A stretch of DNA of 64,000 bases from Styela clava (Eukaryota): NCBI RefSeq assembly GCF_964204865.1, contig NC_135256.1:11160001-11224000 (forward strand), in the 5' to 3' direction. Numbering within the stretch: position 1 is the stretch's first letter; the number at the start of each line of letters is the position of its first letter. This document shows, in pieces, positions 10,559 through 22,862 of this stretch. Under the pieces are notes generated by a model that made no database searches, was not told the origin of the DNA, and worked only from the letters and a program-made list of their open reading frames with translations. The translations under genes were made by a program, and so were the position numbers.

Positions 10559-11497
10559 CTCGATACACCGAAGCTAAAGACTTCGTGCGCTACCAACGAC
10601 TAACGTGCGCTACTATATATACTTCCAGTAAACAAAAAAGTTTGAATGTTCTCATCTTGCGTTTCTTCCTTCCGCACGGGTCTAAAGCGAACATGTACCA
10701 CTTCTTTCAATCCAACATCTATCTTGCACGTTTTGAATCTTACTAAGGTTTTGTTGGCTTCCCTGATTCCGTCTGTAATCAGTTCTATCCTGATTTTATC
10801 TTTTTTTTTTCTCGTCTTTTATGCCGATTATGGAGTCTAAATAAACACACATTGGTGAAACCGATGCAAAAATATTTAGTTTGCTAATATAAATTTGATC
10901 TTTCAACAAAACTGCGCTACCAAAAAACAGTGCAGTTGTTCAGGGAGATGAGGCAAACTTTTAGTTCTTATTTAATCGTACCTAACAAATGGTAAAAGCT
11001 CGTGATTTTATTGCCATTCTATTCTAAATGAACAGCTATATTGTCCTGCCAGACTTTTTCCCACCTCTATGGGCAACCTATAGCATACACCACCTCCCTC
11101 ATTTCTCAGTCTTGTCCCGTCAGACAGATATTGACGATTTTTTAACAACATATCATAATTATAAAGACAAAATAAAATGTGAATTACATATATAAATGGT
11201 ATTGCATGTTTGTCCACCAATGTAAACAATTAAAACTGGATTGAAATTCATGGCTAAACCAAGTAGTGATGTTCATTAATTGTAGAATTTAAATCCATAT
11301 TGAAAAATTAAGCACCAGAATTATTCAAAATGAATGTTCTATTTCCTCTACAAAATATCTTGGATACGCATCAAAAATTCAACTTTTGATTTAGGCATCA
11401 ATCTGCACATGCGGAACAAATTTGGAACCCTTTTTGTCATGTCTGGTGCTAAATTCATGAGCACGACACTTCCTCAGTGTCAACACGAAATTCAAAA

Positions 11498-14400
11498 TTA
11501 CAGTTTTTGAGTATGTTTTTCAAAATGCTTCTGAAATATAAAGTGTATTTCATTGATGAGATCGGTGGTAGTAGTTGAACGTCCATATTTTCCGAAAGCA
11601 GATTCAGCACAAAGTTTTGAAAGTAAACAGGCAGCATATCCACCTAGAACTCCTGGGTGAGATCCTGAAACTTCTCTAGATCTTAAAATAAAATTGCATG
11701 TCAGTGTAAGTATGTTGTACATCTCAACAAATAACTCATTTTCACATACTTTTGACCGAAAGATGTTTTCAGTGACCAATGGAAAAACACTGCTGCTGCA
11801 CCAGACAGAAGATCACCTTGGCCTCCACATCTTCGAGGACTTCCATTTGCTTTGACCTCAAGGACTAAAAAATGTGTTCATAGCATAATTATAACTTTTG
11901 TTTACATTTCAAACGATGGGAAACTAGATAACATTTGGCAGAATTCCCGATTATTTTGAGCCACTATAACAACTAGTGGAAATCTTGAACAGATGTTGGA
12001 GATCATCTAAAAGCAGACCATTCCAGGATTGTGTGAATTTTTCAACACCCTCAGAAGCTTGATGACAATAGCAATAGGGTGTTGTGAAAAAGTTTAGTGG
12101 CAAGTTACATCAGGATGTCCTTCAAAATTCCATACTCAGGCATGACTTGGCATAATTTTTGAATATTTAGTTTCAAATACCATTAAAGCATAAGAATCTT
12201 CTTACCATCGACTCCATCAGTGATAATATCATGTCGATGCTTCCTGGCAATGACCAATCCTCCTAATAATTTACTGACTGACAATGTTAATTGTTTCTCA
12301 TCAATGTCTGAATTGGTGTCACATCCCTGAAAGTAATTGTGAAATCCGTAATGCTGATTTAAAATTAATTTCTATATTTGTACTGTAATGGTCTGCAGAC
12401 AGAACAGATTCAAATTTGTGTTGACTGGTAATAGAATATGCGGAATTTACAGTAACCCAACACATTACTGTGAAGTAGTCGCAGTCCTTTGTAGTATCTT
12501 CAAGATTATTAAAAACAGATACATTTGAGAGATATACTTACTTACCACTGCATGACAAAGTCTTTCAAATTCCACCTGATTCGGAGTCAAGATAACATTT
12601 TTATATTCTTTCACTGCTTCAAGGTTATTTGTGATCATGAACAACCCATCCTAGAAAACGGAAAATTTGTTTGAAGGAAAAATAATTATCCAAATGAAGT
12701 GGAATAGGTGCAGCCGCATTGTGATATCAGATAGATTTACCTGCAATGCTACTGCCATGATTAAGTAGAGGAAATGTGGAGTGAATAAAACAACTTTGCT
12801 GCATTTAAAAAAAATACGAATTAAAGAGACTCATTTGTTGGCCAATGTTTGGTAGCTTGAATTGCTAATTCTGATAGTTATTATAATCAAAGTATAAATA
12901 AATGGCAGTTCGCATCTCAAACATTTACATCAAAATTATTTTGTTGGCATTTATAACATTACATTAACTTTTAATGCAGAATCAAAGTCATCAGCACTTA
13001 CAATAAAATGCTGCCATCACAAGTATTATGAAATAAAATAACGAGTTCAGAGTGTGAAACTGCAATCTAATAATAATTTATCAAATCCACTTACAGCATC
13101 AATCACCAAAGGTTTTTCTTGTTTTTTTAGTTCTTCCATAATAGACAAAACTGTTTTGAATATTTTAGGATTTCTACCAAGTCCAGGACCTATTACAACA
13201 GCATGTAACCTTGGAATCCATTCCTTCATTTGGTCGCTTGCATCATCATCACTTCTAAAACACATTAATAACAGCATGTCAGTTTACAAAATACAAAAGG
13301 ATAGAGAGTCCTTGGCGAAATAGTCAAAAGTACGTTGGAAGTCAAAAATATGTTGAACATATGCCAAGTTATACAGTAAAACATAATATTATTACTTGAA
13401 ATTATGCCAAATGAAATTAAATTATGCAGAGTTATATTTTATAAAACATTTAGATTGTACGCAATTTCAACATATAAAATATCAAACATTAGTTTCAGCT
13501 TACAAAAATGGATGGACAATCAGTTCAGGGCTGTACGATTTGAATACAGGAGCTGCAGATCTCGAGCAAAATACATGAGCTAAATCAGCACCCTGTGAAG
13601 AAAAATTTTTTTTATTAACACGAAGATGGCCTACCGATGATGAAATCACTAATCAGTTACAGATCATGAAATATTCAACAGTGTTTCGAAGCATAACTTT
13701 TTTTAAATATTTTATCGCTGCATCCAGGCATCTCAACAAATAGATCTGAATAACCAAATCTATACTCAACCCAGACTGATAAGTAGATGAGATCTTCATC
13801 AGCCTTCTGCTTTCCATGGACAGAACTGAAATGCTATCTCAAGTCAAAAGTAAACATACCAGTTTCAATGCTGATATAGCTGCGAAATATGGAGCTCCAG
13901 TGTATCTAGAAAGAAAAATCGAAAATGTCAAATACAACAAAAAAGCATTTCCTCTATGCATGACACAGTTTATAGGCGCAATATGGAGGTAACTAATTTT
14001 GTTCGCCTACTTTACATCAAGTTGTGTAAAGGAACTAAAACCTATGCGCAGGGGGCATATCCACTTTGCTAATACAGACAGTCCCCGAACTCGTAATAGA
14101 ACTAAAATAAGGAAAATCGGAATAACATTATGCCCTAACCCTAACCTGGTAAACACACTACAGGAGTACCGTTCATAGAGTGCAAATTGACATTCCACAC
14201 TCAGAAGTTACCACAATTTCAAATCACACAATATCTTAATATTACTTCAAGTATAAGCTGAGTAATGAAATTTATTTTTAAATATTAATTAACCAACTCC
14301 TCACTGCCTCCGATGATGCCAATACGACCAGATTGCCCTTTATGTTGTTCATACGTGAGAGGTGGAATGATGCTTTGAATTTTCTTTAATATTTCATCAT

Positions 14401-15812
14401 CTGATAGTCTCGAGAATTGTGACATAGTTGAGAATGGTCTGCGAAAGATAAATACCTATTTTAGAATATAAACATTGAAGCAATGTATGACTTCATTCCA
14501 ATAGATGATACAGGATGGACCCACCAGTGGGGCTCGCGACCCATAGTTTAGGAACCGCTGAATTAGAGTGATTTAGGTTCAAATTTCTGTTATAGCAAGA
14601 ATACAAAAAAATGACTCCTTTTTAAATTGCTTATATCAGTTAAGAAAAATTTATAAAATTGCATTGAATCGCAGGGTAGAAGACACTTATTTACATATTT
14701 ATCTTGGGGGAAAGGAAAACCGATAACATGGCTTAATCATACTATAGTGGTGGTAGCATAAAAGTCATATTGGGAATGGCAGAATAGGGATGGCAAAATA
14801 GGGTCGAAAAGGCAAAATAGGGTCGAAAAGTCAAATTGGGGATGGAGAAATGCCGTCGAAGCGTGGCAGATTAGGGATGGCGAAATGCGGTCGAAGCGGA
14901 GGTGCAGCAGCAAGCATATTCTTAATGCTTAGCACGATGCGCTACATCACTGAGCCACTTATACGTTTGTTTCATTCAAAATCATAACAGAATGATACTT
15001 ATTTTTCAAACTTTAATTTTCCAAAAATCAACTTAAACAATTTCAAATTTTCTTATTCAATACAATATATCCTAGTACTGATGTAAGAGAATTTATTTTT
15101 AAATTTGTACTTTTTTCATCAACTTTTTAGGGATCTTAAAAGGATTTATTTTGAAATGTTGTAGCCTATATGTGAAAGGTTTCTCTCCTTAACATTATTA
15201 TGCCATCTAATACGAAATCTGTAAGGGTTGCAAAAGAAATCATCGAAACACTAATATCCGATTATTTGTTGTAGCTCTAGAACCGTAGTTGACACGGTTG
15301 CATCACAGAACCGCAGGAGTGGCGGTGTGGCTCAACGGGCTAAGCGTTAGGAATACGCTCGCCACCGCACCTCTAATTACTCTGCGTGGGTTCGCAGGTT
15401 CGAATCCCATGCAGGGATGGTTATGTGCGAGAGGATTGCTGGACTCCTCGCCGTCGTTGGGTGGTTCACGTAACCGCTGGTCGGTTACGGCTTCCTCCAC
15501 CACCAAGTCCATGCTTCCGAAAACAAACAATACAGTAAAACTAATCCCATACCCGACTCGGAATGGTAACCGGACGAGAGGCCGTGGTTCACCATATGGA
15601 TAAGCCGTCTTATCGGCTTTCCTCTCCCCCGGGATAAATATGTAAATCCTATCCTATCCTGACCAACACATGAGATTGCCGAATTTAAAAACTTAACTTA
15701 AAAAAAAGAAAACTTACTTCAACGCATATGCCAAAATTCGGAAATCCTTTGGGCAAGAACACCCTAATCCTGGAGAACAAGGAGCAAACAGAAAGCAAGC
15801 TTTCCTGAGCAT
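11498..15812 (-). CDS. NAXD: ATP-dependent (S)-NAD(P)H-hydrate dehydratase. Exons 15812-15718, 14438-14298, 13905-13860, 13592-13504, 13254-13095, 12650-12546, 12326-12206, 11864-~11750, ~11681-11498
   Basis: Spliced protein contains [76 protein letters not shown] and [15 protein letters not shown], all YjeF-C/CARKD motifs. All junctions GT-AG. Confidence 0.95.
13975..14170. mobile_element. MITE family A copy (left TIR partly deleted)
   Basis: Same internal sequence AATATGGAGGTAACTAATTTTGTTC..CGAACTCGTAATAGAACTAAAATAAGGAAAATCGG; flanks GTTTATAG / GTTCATAG. Confidence 0.85.
14675..14958 (-). mobile_element. Degenerate SINE whose core is replaced by a short tandem array
   Basis: SINE tail-like sequence at ~14690-14740 and head-like sequence at ~14895-14958 flank (GGCAAAATAGGGTCGAAAA)-type repeats. 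Confidence 0.7.
15316..15660 (+). mobile_element. tRNA-derived SINE (~345 bp), young copy in NAXD intron 1
   Basis: A-box TGGCTCAACGG, B-box GGTTCGAATCC, (ATCCT)n tail; nearly identical to the copy at 25858-26214. Confidence 0.92.
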
Positions 15813-18367
15813 TTGTTTTACAAATTCAGTTACCGATGCTTGCAGCAAACGAAGATATTTGCAGCAGACACCTCGGAATCGAGTCAAGTTAGGACAGTTA
15901 CCGTAGGTGGTGATATGGAGCCAAAGTATAATGTTATCTCAAGGCAGTTTTTTTCGTGCCATGTACACGTTTACTCAGTCTTTCGCTGTTCGTCGGAGTG
16001 GTTGGCTGTTTTTATAGTACGTGAAGTCGAATATAATGCAGTTTTAATATCAGAATATGATACCAAATTTAAAATGTACAAGAGAAAAACATTTATTAAA
16101 TGCTTGTTGTCGACACTCTGCAGACATACGATATAAATCATTACCCTAGAAAGTTGTCTGAAGTGCATCAAATTCTGGAGTTGCCATTTTTTATGTCAAT
16201 CTATGACAAATTAGTTGTGCTATGCGCTTTAATCAGTTGAGTTAATTATTGTTATAGGCTATATAATTCAATTGTCTGACGAAAGATCTTGGCAGCATTG
16301 AAATTGGTCATGTGATCAGAGTCATAAAATTTCGCTATCCCCATTTTGCATATTCTCAACACCTATTTCCATATTTAGTTTATTATCGAAAATAGCGTAT
16401 GTAAATATTTCGATAGATTGAGGCAATTTCAGAATTTTGTTATAAATATTGCTGAGACCATGCAGCTACTGTTTTAACATTTTAGTTGACAAAGAAAGAC
16501 AGAAAGATGTGTTTTGCAGTGAAAAGAAATAAGTTTTGTCCATTGCCAGTGAAATTAGTTTTCAATTAGATGTTTTAATATAGACTAGATAGATCTCTTA
16601 TAAAGGATCAGCTTGTCTGTTGTAATCTTTCTACAAATTATTTGTAAGAAATTGACTCAATGAACTTTAATCATATTTTATACTTTTATGCATTTCAGTT
16701 CATTTGTATCATTGCAGCATTGCAAACAAAATTTTTGTATTGTCAGTTTGTTGCAAATTGTCAATTTTCTCATGGTTACTTTTATAAGACCTAAGTTATG
16801 GTTGTATAAATTGTATTGTATTATGGAAATCCAACTTGCATTTTCAAACATAACACATTTTTTCTTTTATATGAAGCTTTTTGACACAGACCATCAACCT
16901 TTGCATATGCTCGATCTAACCTTTTGAATAAAGTTCAATAACTATAGTAATCCTAATGCATCATCCACTCATATCTATCTACAATCTATATGCATTGATC
17001 ATTATTTCATTGATTATTAGCCGATCAACAGAAAATTTTCAATTCAATTTTGCAGATTAGATAGCATAAAAGTTTATATAATACTATAATAATATAGCAT
17101 AAAGATAATAATAGCATAAAAGATTTCATGTAACATATATGGTTATTTGTTATTGATATTTAGTTTTAACTGTTTTTGTTTGCAAAGCATTTGCTTGGAA
17201 TTAAATTATATTTGTAGATGTGCTTTATTTATTGTTCAAGCTTGATCATGCTCAAAAAATTATTAGACTGATGCTCCATTTTAATTTAGTTAATTTCCAT
17301 GAAACTGGTAATCTATGAATAAATGCCAGATAGCTTGAATTGTAATGACAAATTATAATTTTCGTGCTGCAGGTTAAATGTGATGACAACATGATTTTGT
17401 ACAGTCGTATTACATCATCACTTCCTTCCCATCGTGTCCCGTACTGGTGACTGTCGCTATGATTACATTGATCTTATTTGCATTTCGCGTTTATATATAT
17501 TTATATCTAAATATTGATCTACTTTAACTTGTCAGAACTATATATAACTTTTTGATTTATGATAATTGTTATTTTGAGGAATATATTTTTCAAGTAACCA
17601 GATTTTAAAATGTGCAAAATATTACCATAACTTTTTGAAATTTTGCGGTTTTAGATAATAATTAGTAACGTTTGAGACATTTCTTGTTAGTGGAATTTTG
17701 TCGCTTCCATTATGACTAGACAAATATGCAAAAGCATGAATCAATATTTTTAATTCTATAATAATAATTATCATTTTATTGTCACTCATCTTGAAAACTC
17801 AAAATCAATTGCGTATGCATATTCCAGAATGCTATATTATCACTCAACTTGTGATTAATTTGCCCTAGTCGCTACAAGAAAATTGAATAAATTACTATTC
17901 TGAATAGGCCTACATGCTGAAAAAAATATTTTTTAATTTATTTTTAATATTATTAGATCGTGAAATTACTAGGTATATAAAATTTATTTGAATATTCAAT
18001 TGTTTTGAACATTCCTGACTTTGGGAGAATCAGATGTATTCGTTCGGTTAAACATGTAATATGTTAAATCGAAGGCTGCCAATTAGATTGATGGGCATTG
18101 GTCATCAGTTTGTATACCTCAAATGGATTCAAACAACAATAACAAATAACACACAATCAAAGATGCTTGCTTGTGATTGGACCACATTTTTTGCGTTTGT
18201 TACTATGCAATTGCACATTCATCAACTCAATTGACTCGGTGTTTGTGCCCAGATATTTATCGCATTGTTGTTAAATGCAATATATCACATGTTTGACAGG
18301 TGTAATATACAATCAATATATAAATGATATTTTTATAGCAATTGAGATTGAATGAAAAGAAATATTG

Positions 18368-21300
18368 ATGGCTAAGCTTCAAAAAACTGTGGTTATCACA
18401 GGTAAGGGGTTGTAGTATATTAAAAAATATTTTTTTAGGCTGGAGGCTTAAAAGTATTTCAATCTCCGTCTTGAGTATGGTATGCAATGGCAATTGATAT
18501 TATATTATTATTTTCATAATTCTATATTTTTTATTTGACAAATCTTACTTTGTCCTTGCTACCTGTAATATATTGGTCTTGCTAGGGCATTTACAGTAGC
18601 AATATTATTTTGTAATGTTGTTCTGGGAAAGTACCGCCTACTTAAGTAGAATATTTATAGTGAGGAAATGATTTGTTTTGTCAACTGCCTTCGTTTCTCA
18701 TCTGGAAATCCGGGATGATTCGTCATTCACTATGGTTTAGTTTTTTCTTAAACCGAGCTATATTGTATGTAAGAGATTTACTGAACTACCGTAATACACT
18801 CAAACCTCCCGAAGCTTCAATTTCAAACATATGAAATTAATTTTTGATGGAAACCATAAGGAACTCAGTATTATTATTTTTTAAATATCATTATTTGTTA
18901 TATATGTCTGGATGCTTATGAGTTTTCTAAATTTCCAAATTTAGGCGCTCCAGAAGTGTGTGTACCAATATGGAGGTAACTAATTTTGTTCAGCCACTTC
19001 AATTTACTTTGAAGTTGTGTAAAGAGACCGAAACCTATAGTCAGGGGGTATATTCATTTGGCTAACACAGACAGTCCCGAAACTCGTAATAGAACTAAAA
19101 TAAGGAAAATCGGAAGAAAATTATGGCCTAACCTGGTACACACACTAGTAGTACCAAATTGATAAATGGCTTTTAAACCTTAATATACACCCTACGTTTT
19201 AAGAATATTTATATCATTATATATCAATTTTCAGGGTGTGATACCAGAAGCTCATATGCTTATGAACTAGCATTGAGACTAGATGAACAAGGATACACAG
19301 TATTTGCTGGCTGCACAGACTGTAATAGTGTTGGAGCAAGATCTCTTGCATCCAGGGGATCGACAGCTCTTGCAATATTACAGATTGATGTTACCAAACC
19401 TAATGAGATTAATAACGCCGTGGAAATGATCGAAGACTCTGTTGGGGAGGAAGGTGAAAAATTCGTTTTCTTTTATTTTTTTTCATATCTTCATGCCTTG
19501 ATATTGACTCAATTTTATTTTTAAAGTCAATAGATGGTGTATTTGCAATAAATAGTCAGGACAAATTGAATATTTACTGGAGTGACCAAATAAATATTTA
19601 GTTGTGATTCTAATATTTGTCCATTGCTATGATTATTGTGTTTTTATGCAAAACCATTAAAAAAAAAAATACATTGCTGTAATTAGTCTTGACTAACTAA
19701 CTGAAGCTCATATTGATAATAATAAAACGCATAACGTTCTTCCGCCGTGCTTTTCGTCAAAAAAAATTTTACTGTTTGGCAATGCAAGTATCGTATGTGA
19801 ATCATATCATACCATATGGATAACAAACCGAATAAACAAACCTTACAAAAATAACCTACCATATCGTAAAATTTAATTTTAATCTAATTTTCATTATGTG
19901 ATATTCTATCTGTAAAATGTTACTCAATATATATTATGATTCACACGCCTAATAAATATTCGGAAGTACCCTCTTTATTCTCTATTTGTGCAAATATATA
20001 TGAATAAATTAGTTTAATGTACACACAACTGTTGTTTCGAATATCGCTAGCTTCTCCCTCTTGGATGCATTTTAATAAATTCTGGGCTTCCAAATGTTGG
20101 AAGAGTAGGCGACCCCTACCAATAAATTGAAAATTTTTACGACCCCGTTAAGTCGGGATTGTTATACAAGCGCGCTGCTTCTCTAGTCCTATGTATTCTC
20201 TCCAAATCGTGAGATTGATGTCTTGCACTAGTTTCAAAAATTGTGTTTTAAATCAAATGTCTAAAAAAGAGCAATATAGTACTTTGTGTAAAATTGGTGT
20301 ACTCTTTACGACTCCTAAAATTTGTTGCACGGTTCTGTTACAAAAAGTCATGTTTTTTCAGTAATGCTCACCGGTTCGCTGATCTCATAAAATTCCGTGA
20401 GACAGTTCTACAAAACCGGTGCGAACCGGCTGAACCCCATTACTGATCACGACCCTCAGTTGGGAAACCCTGAATTAAATCATTAATAAATGTACCGGTG
20501 TTTTTCAATTCCTTACGGTCAGTATGGTGCTTGCTTATGTTTGTATAGTAGTTCAAATTAGTTAAAAAAACTCATTTATTTTCAAACTGTTTTCAGGTGT
20601 TTGGGCTTTAGTTAATTGTGCCGAGGTTTTCAGTGTTGCAGAAGTAGATTGGTGTCCCATCGAAGACTATGAAAAGTCTATTCAAGTCAATCTGCTTGGT
20701 ACAATAAGAATAACAAAATCCCTACTTCACCTAGTAAGAAGAGCTAGAGGAAGAATTGTGAACTTGAGCAGCATAGCAGGTATTTCTTTCATATGACATA
20801 TTTATACTTTTGCTCTGAATGAGGCTCTGTACAGGCAGTCACTGCTAGTTAAGGAGCCACTAAAAAGGAAATTTACAACACCTAGGGACAGGGTTAGATT
20901 CGCATTGCTCAAATTTTTTTTTCCTGGAACGCTCATGCTTTTTTCAACTTGCCTCGCGGAACACGACACCAAGAAACTAGGAGGTATAATTAATGCATGG
21001 TTTCGAAAAAATTTAGCCTATGTTAAAATTATTTTCAGACTGGCACGAGGACCCTCCGTCTGTTTAAATAGCAAGGCCTGTTTGTTGCCAGTTGGGAAGC
21101 AAATTTATGATCCAGAAACGCCAAAGTACGACTTAAATCGCCATGACGACCAATTTGGTCACTTGACTTGGTCTTAATCCTGAGATGATACACAACATTG
21201 TCCAAGTTAAAATAACTAAATTGCCATATGCAGCTAGTCTTAAAATATCATGAATTATCACAAAACTTCTTAAAATATACTTATTCAATGCCAACTCGAC

Positions 21301-22862
21301 CAAAAATTCATAAATAGAGATTACACATATCCTGTTGAATAATTTGGCTGCCATGCGTTAATTGTGAAGTGATGTTCAATACGTGCGCCAAAACCAATAT
21401 TCAAATTTATCCAATAAAAACAGATAAGACAGCAAATACAAAACGCATTCATCAGCATAATGCTGACTGCGATGGTATAATTATAGGTTGTTATGGTAAC
21501 CTTTTTATTTAGCTAAGTTGTCTTAAATAAAAGTTGCGAATGAAATCCTGTTATAGTAAATGTACTTATTCTATGTTTCTATATTCAGGATGCCTGGCAC
21601 GTGCTGGCCAGTCAGCTTATTCTTTGACAAAGTTTGCACTCGAAGCATTTAGTGATTCTTTGAGGCAAGAAATGTTGAAATGGGGAGTGTTTGTTATTCT
21701 TGTGGAGCCTGCATACTTTCCAGGTTAGTGTCTTTTATAGGCTTACTACTCCAAAATAGTGCGAACCGGTCTTTATTGATATTACAGTGATACCTCAGAA
21801 GTCAAACCTAATTTGTTCAGGGTTGGTGTTAGACTACCGATTTGTTTGAGTACCGAGTCGTTCGACTACCGAAATATCACTGTACTTCGAAAGTTTGGTT
21901 AATATCATATTTAAATGTATTGGCATTGCATAATTTGTGACTGAATAGTTCTAAAAATGGAACATGACCATTTGTTAATTACCGGTAAGAGTCAAGAGTT
22001 CGACTGTTTGTTAGTGTCATCAAAAAAACGGACTAACCCTGTATTGACCTGAACTGTGTGAACTGTTTAAGTCTCGCAACAATCAGTATTTACTAGTACT
22101 ACCATGTATTTTGCTAATACAATTGTTTATAGTCACGATAGCTTGCGTGTAACTTTGTTCAGAGAACAATCCTCCGCTTTTGAGTGAGTGCTTGTAGCTT
22201 TGATTTGAAAAAATTTCCCTAAAAATTACTGATGTAAAGGTCTTCATGTCTCTTTTTTATCTTAATTGTGTATTTCTTTTTCAGTCGGACAATCAATACT
22301 TTGTGAATCAAACATTAATATCAGTTTGGGAACAGTTCCTAAGAATTTACGAGATGTTTATGGTGATGACTACTTTGTTGATTTCATAAATACGGTAACA
22401 GATACTGCTAACAGTCAATCAGCAGCTGGTACAGGGGAGCCAAGTTCAACTCCTGTAACATCTCCATCTCGAAAACAAGTTTCTCAGCATGGTTCTCCTG
22501 TATCAACAACATCCTCAGCAACTTCTGGATATTCGTCTGCTTCGTCAACTTTAAAATCTTCGCTAGATGGTGAAAAAGCTAATCCCAAAACAGATTCAGT
22601 GACTGATGTGAAAGGAGAAACCTTTTCAACACTGAAAAATCGTGGCACACCAAATTTAAGCAACACAAATCGTGTACTTCATGCTCTCGTGGAAGCAGTA
22701 TCAGCACCATCACCAAAAGTTCGTTACTTTGTCGGTTCGTTTCAAGATCGCATGATTAAATCTCTCGCGCCGATACTTCCGACCATGGTTATGGATACCT
22801 ATCTTACGTCAGGTCAGATGTCAAAGGTCATTCCTAAACTTATAAAAGAGAAAATTGAATAA
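18368..22862 (+). CDS. Short-chain dehydrogenase/reductase, RDH/HSD17B6/BDH1-like (SDR9C-type), atypical. Exons 18368-18401, 19235-19453, 20597-20779, 21589-21723, 22285-22862
   Basis: VVITGCD.., LDEQGYTVFAGC, LQIDVT, VWALVNCA, VNLLGTIRITK..RRARGRIVNLSSIAG, catalytic YSLTK, LEAFSDSLRQEMLKWGV..VEP, C-terminal P.VRYFVG. Exon phases are consistent. Confidence 0.9.
18944..19155. mobile_element. MITE family A copy
   Basis: GGCGCTCCAGAAGTGTGTGTACCA ... TGGTACACACACTAGTAGTACC. Confidence 0.85.

Noticed and set aside
10600-10836. ~66-codon open stretch on the - strand (DKIRIELITDG..) after an acceptor-like TTTAG
   Set aside because: No ATG, an in-frame stop upstream of the A10 run, and no recognisable homology.
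15289-15603. ORFs duplicated at 15.3 kb and 26.0 kb, and a possible tRNA gene
   Set aside because: They are translations of the SINE. The head lacks a complete cloverleaf and is followed by the SINE body, so it is not a tRNA gene.
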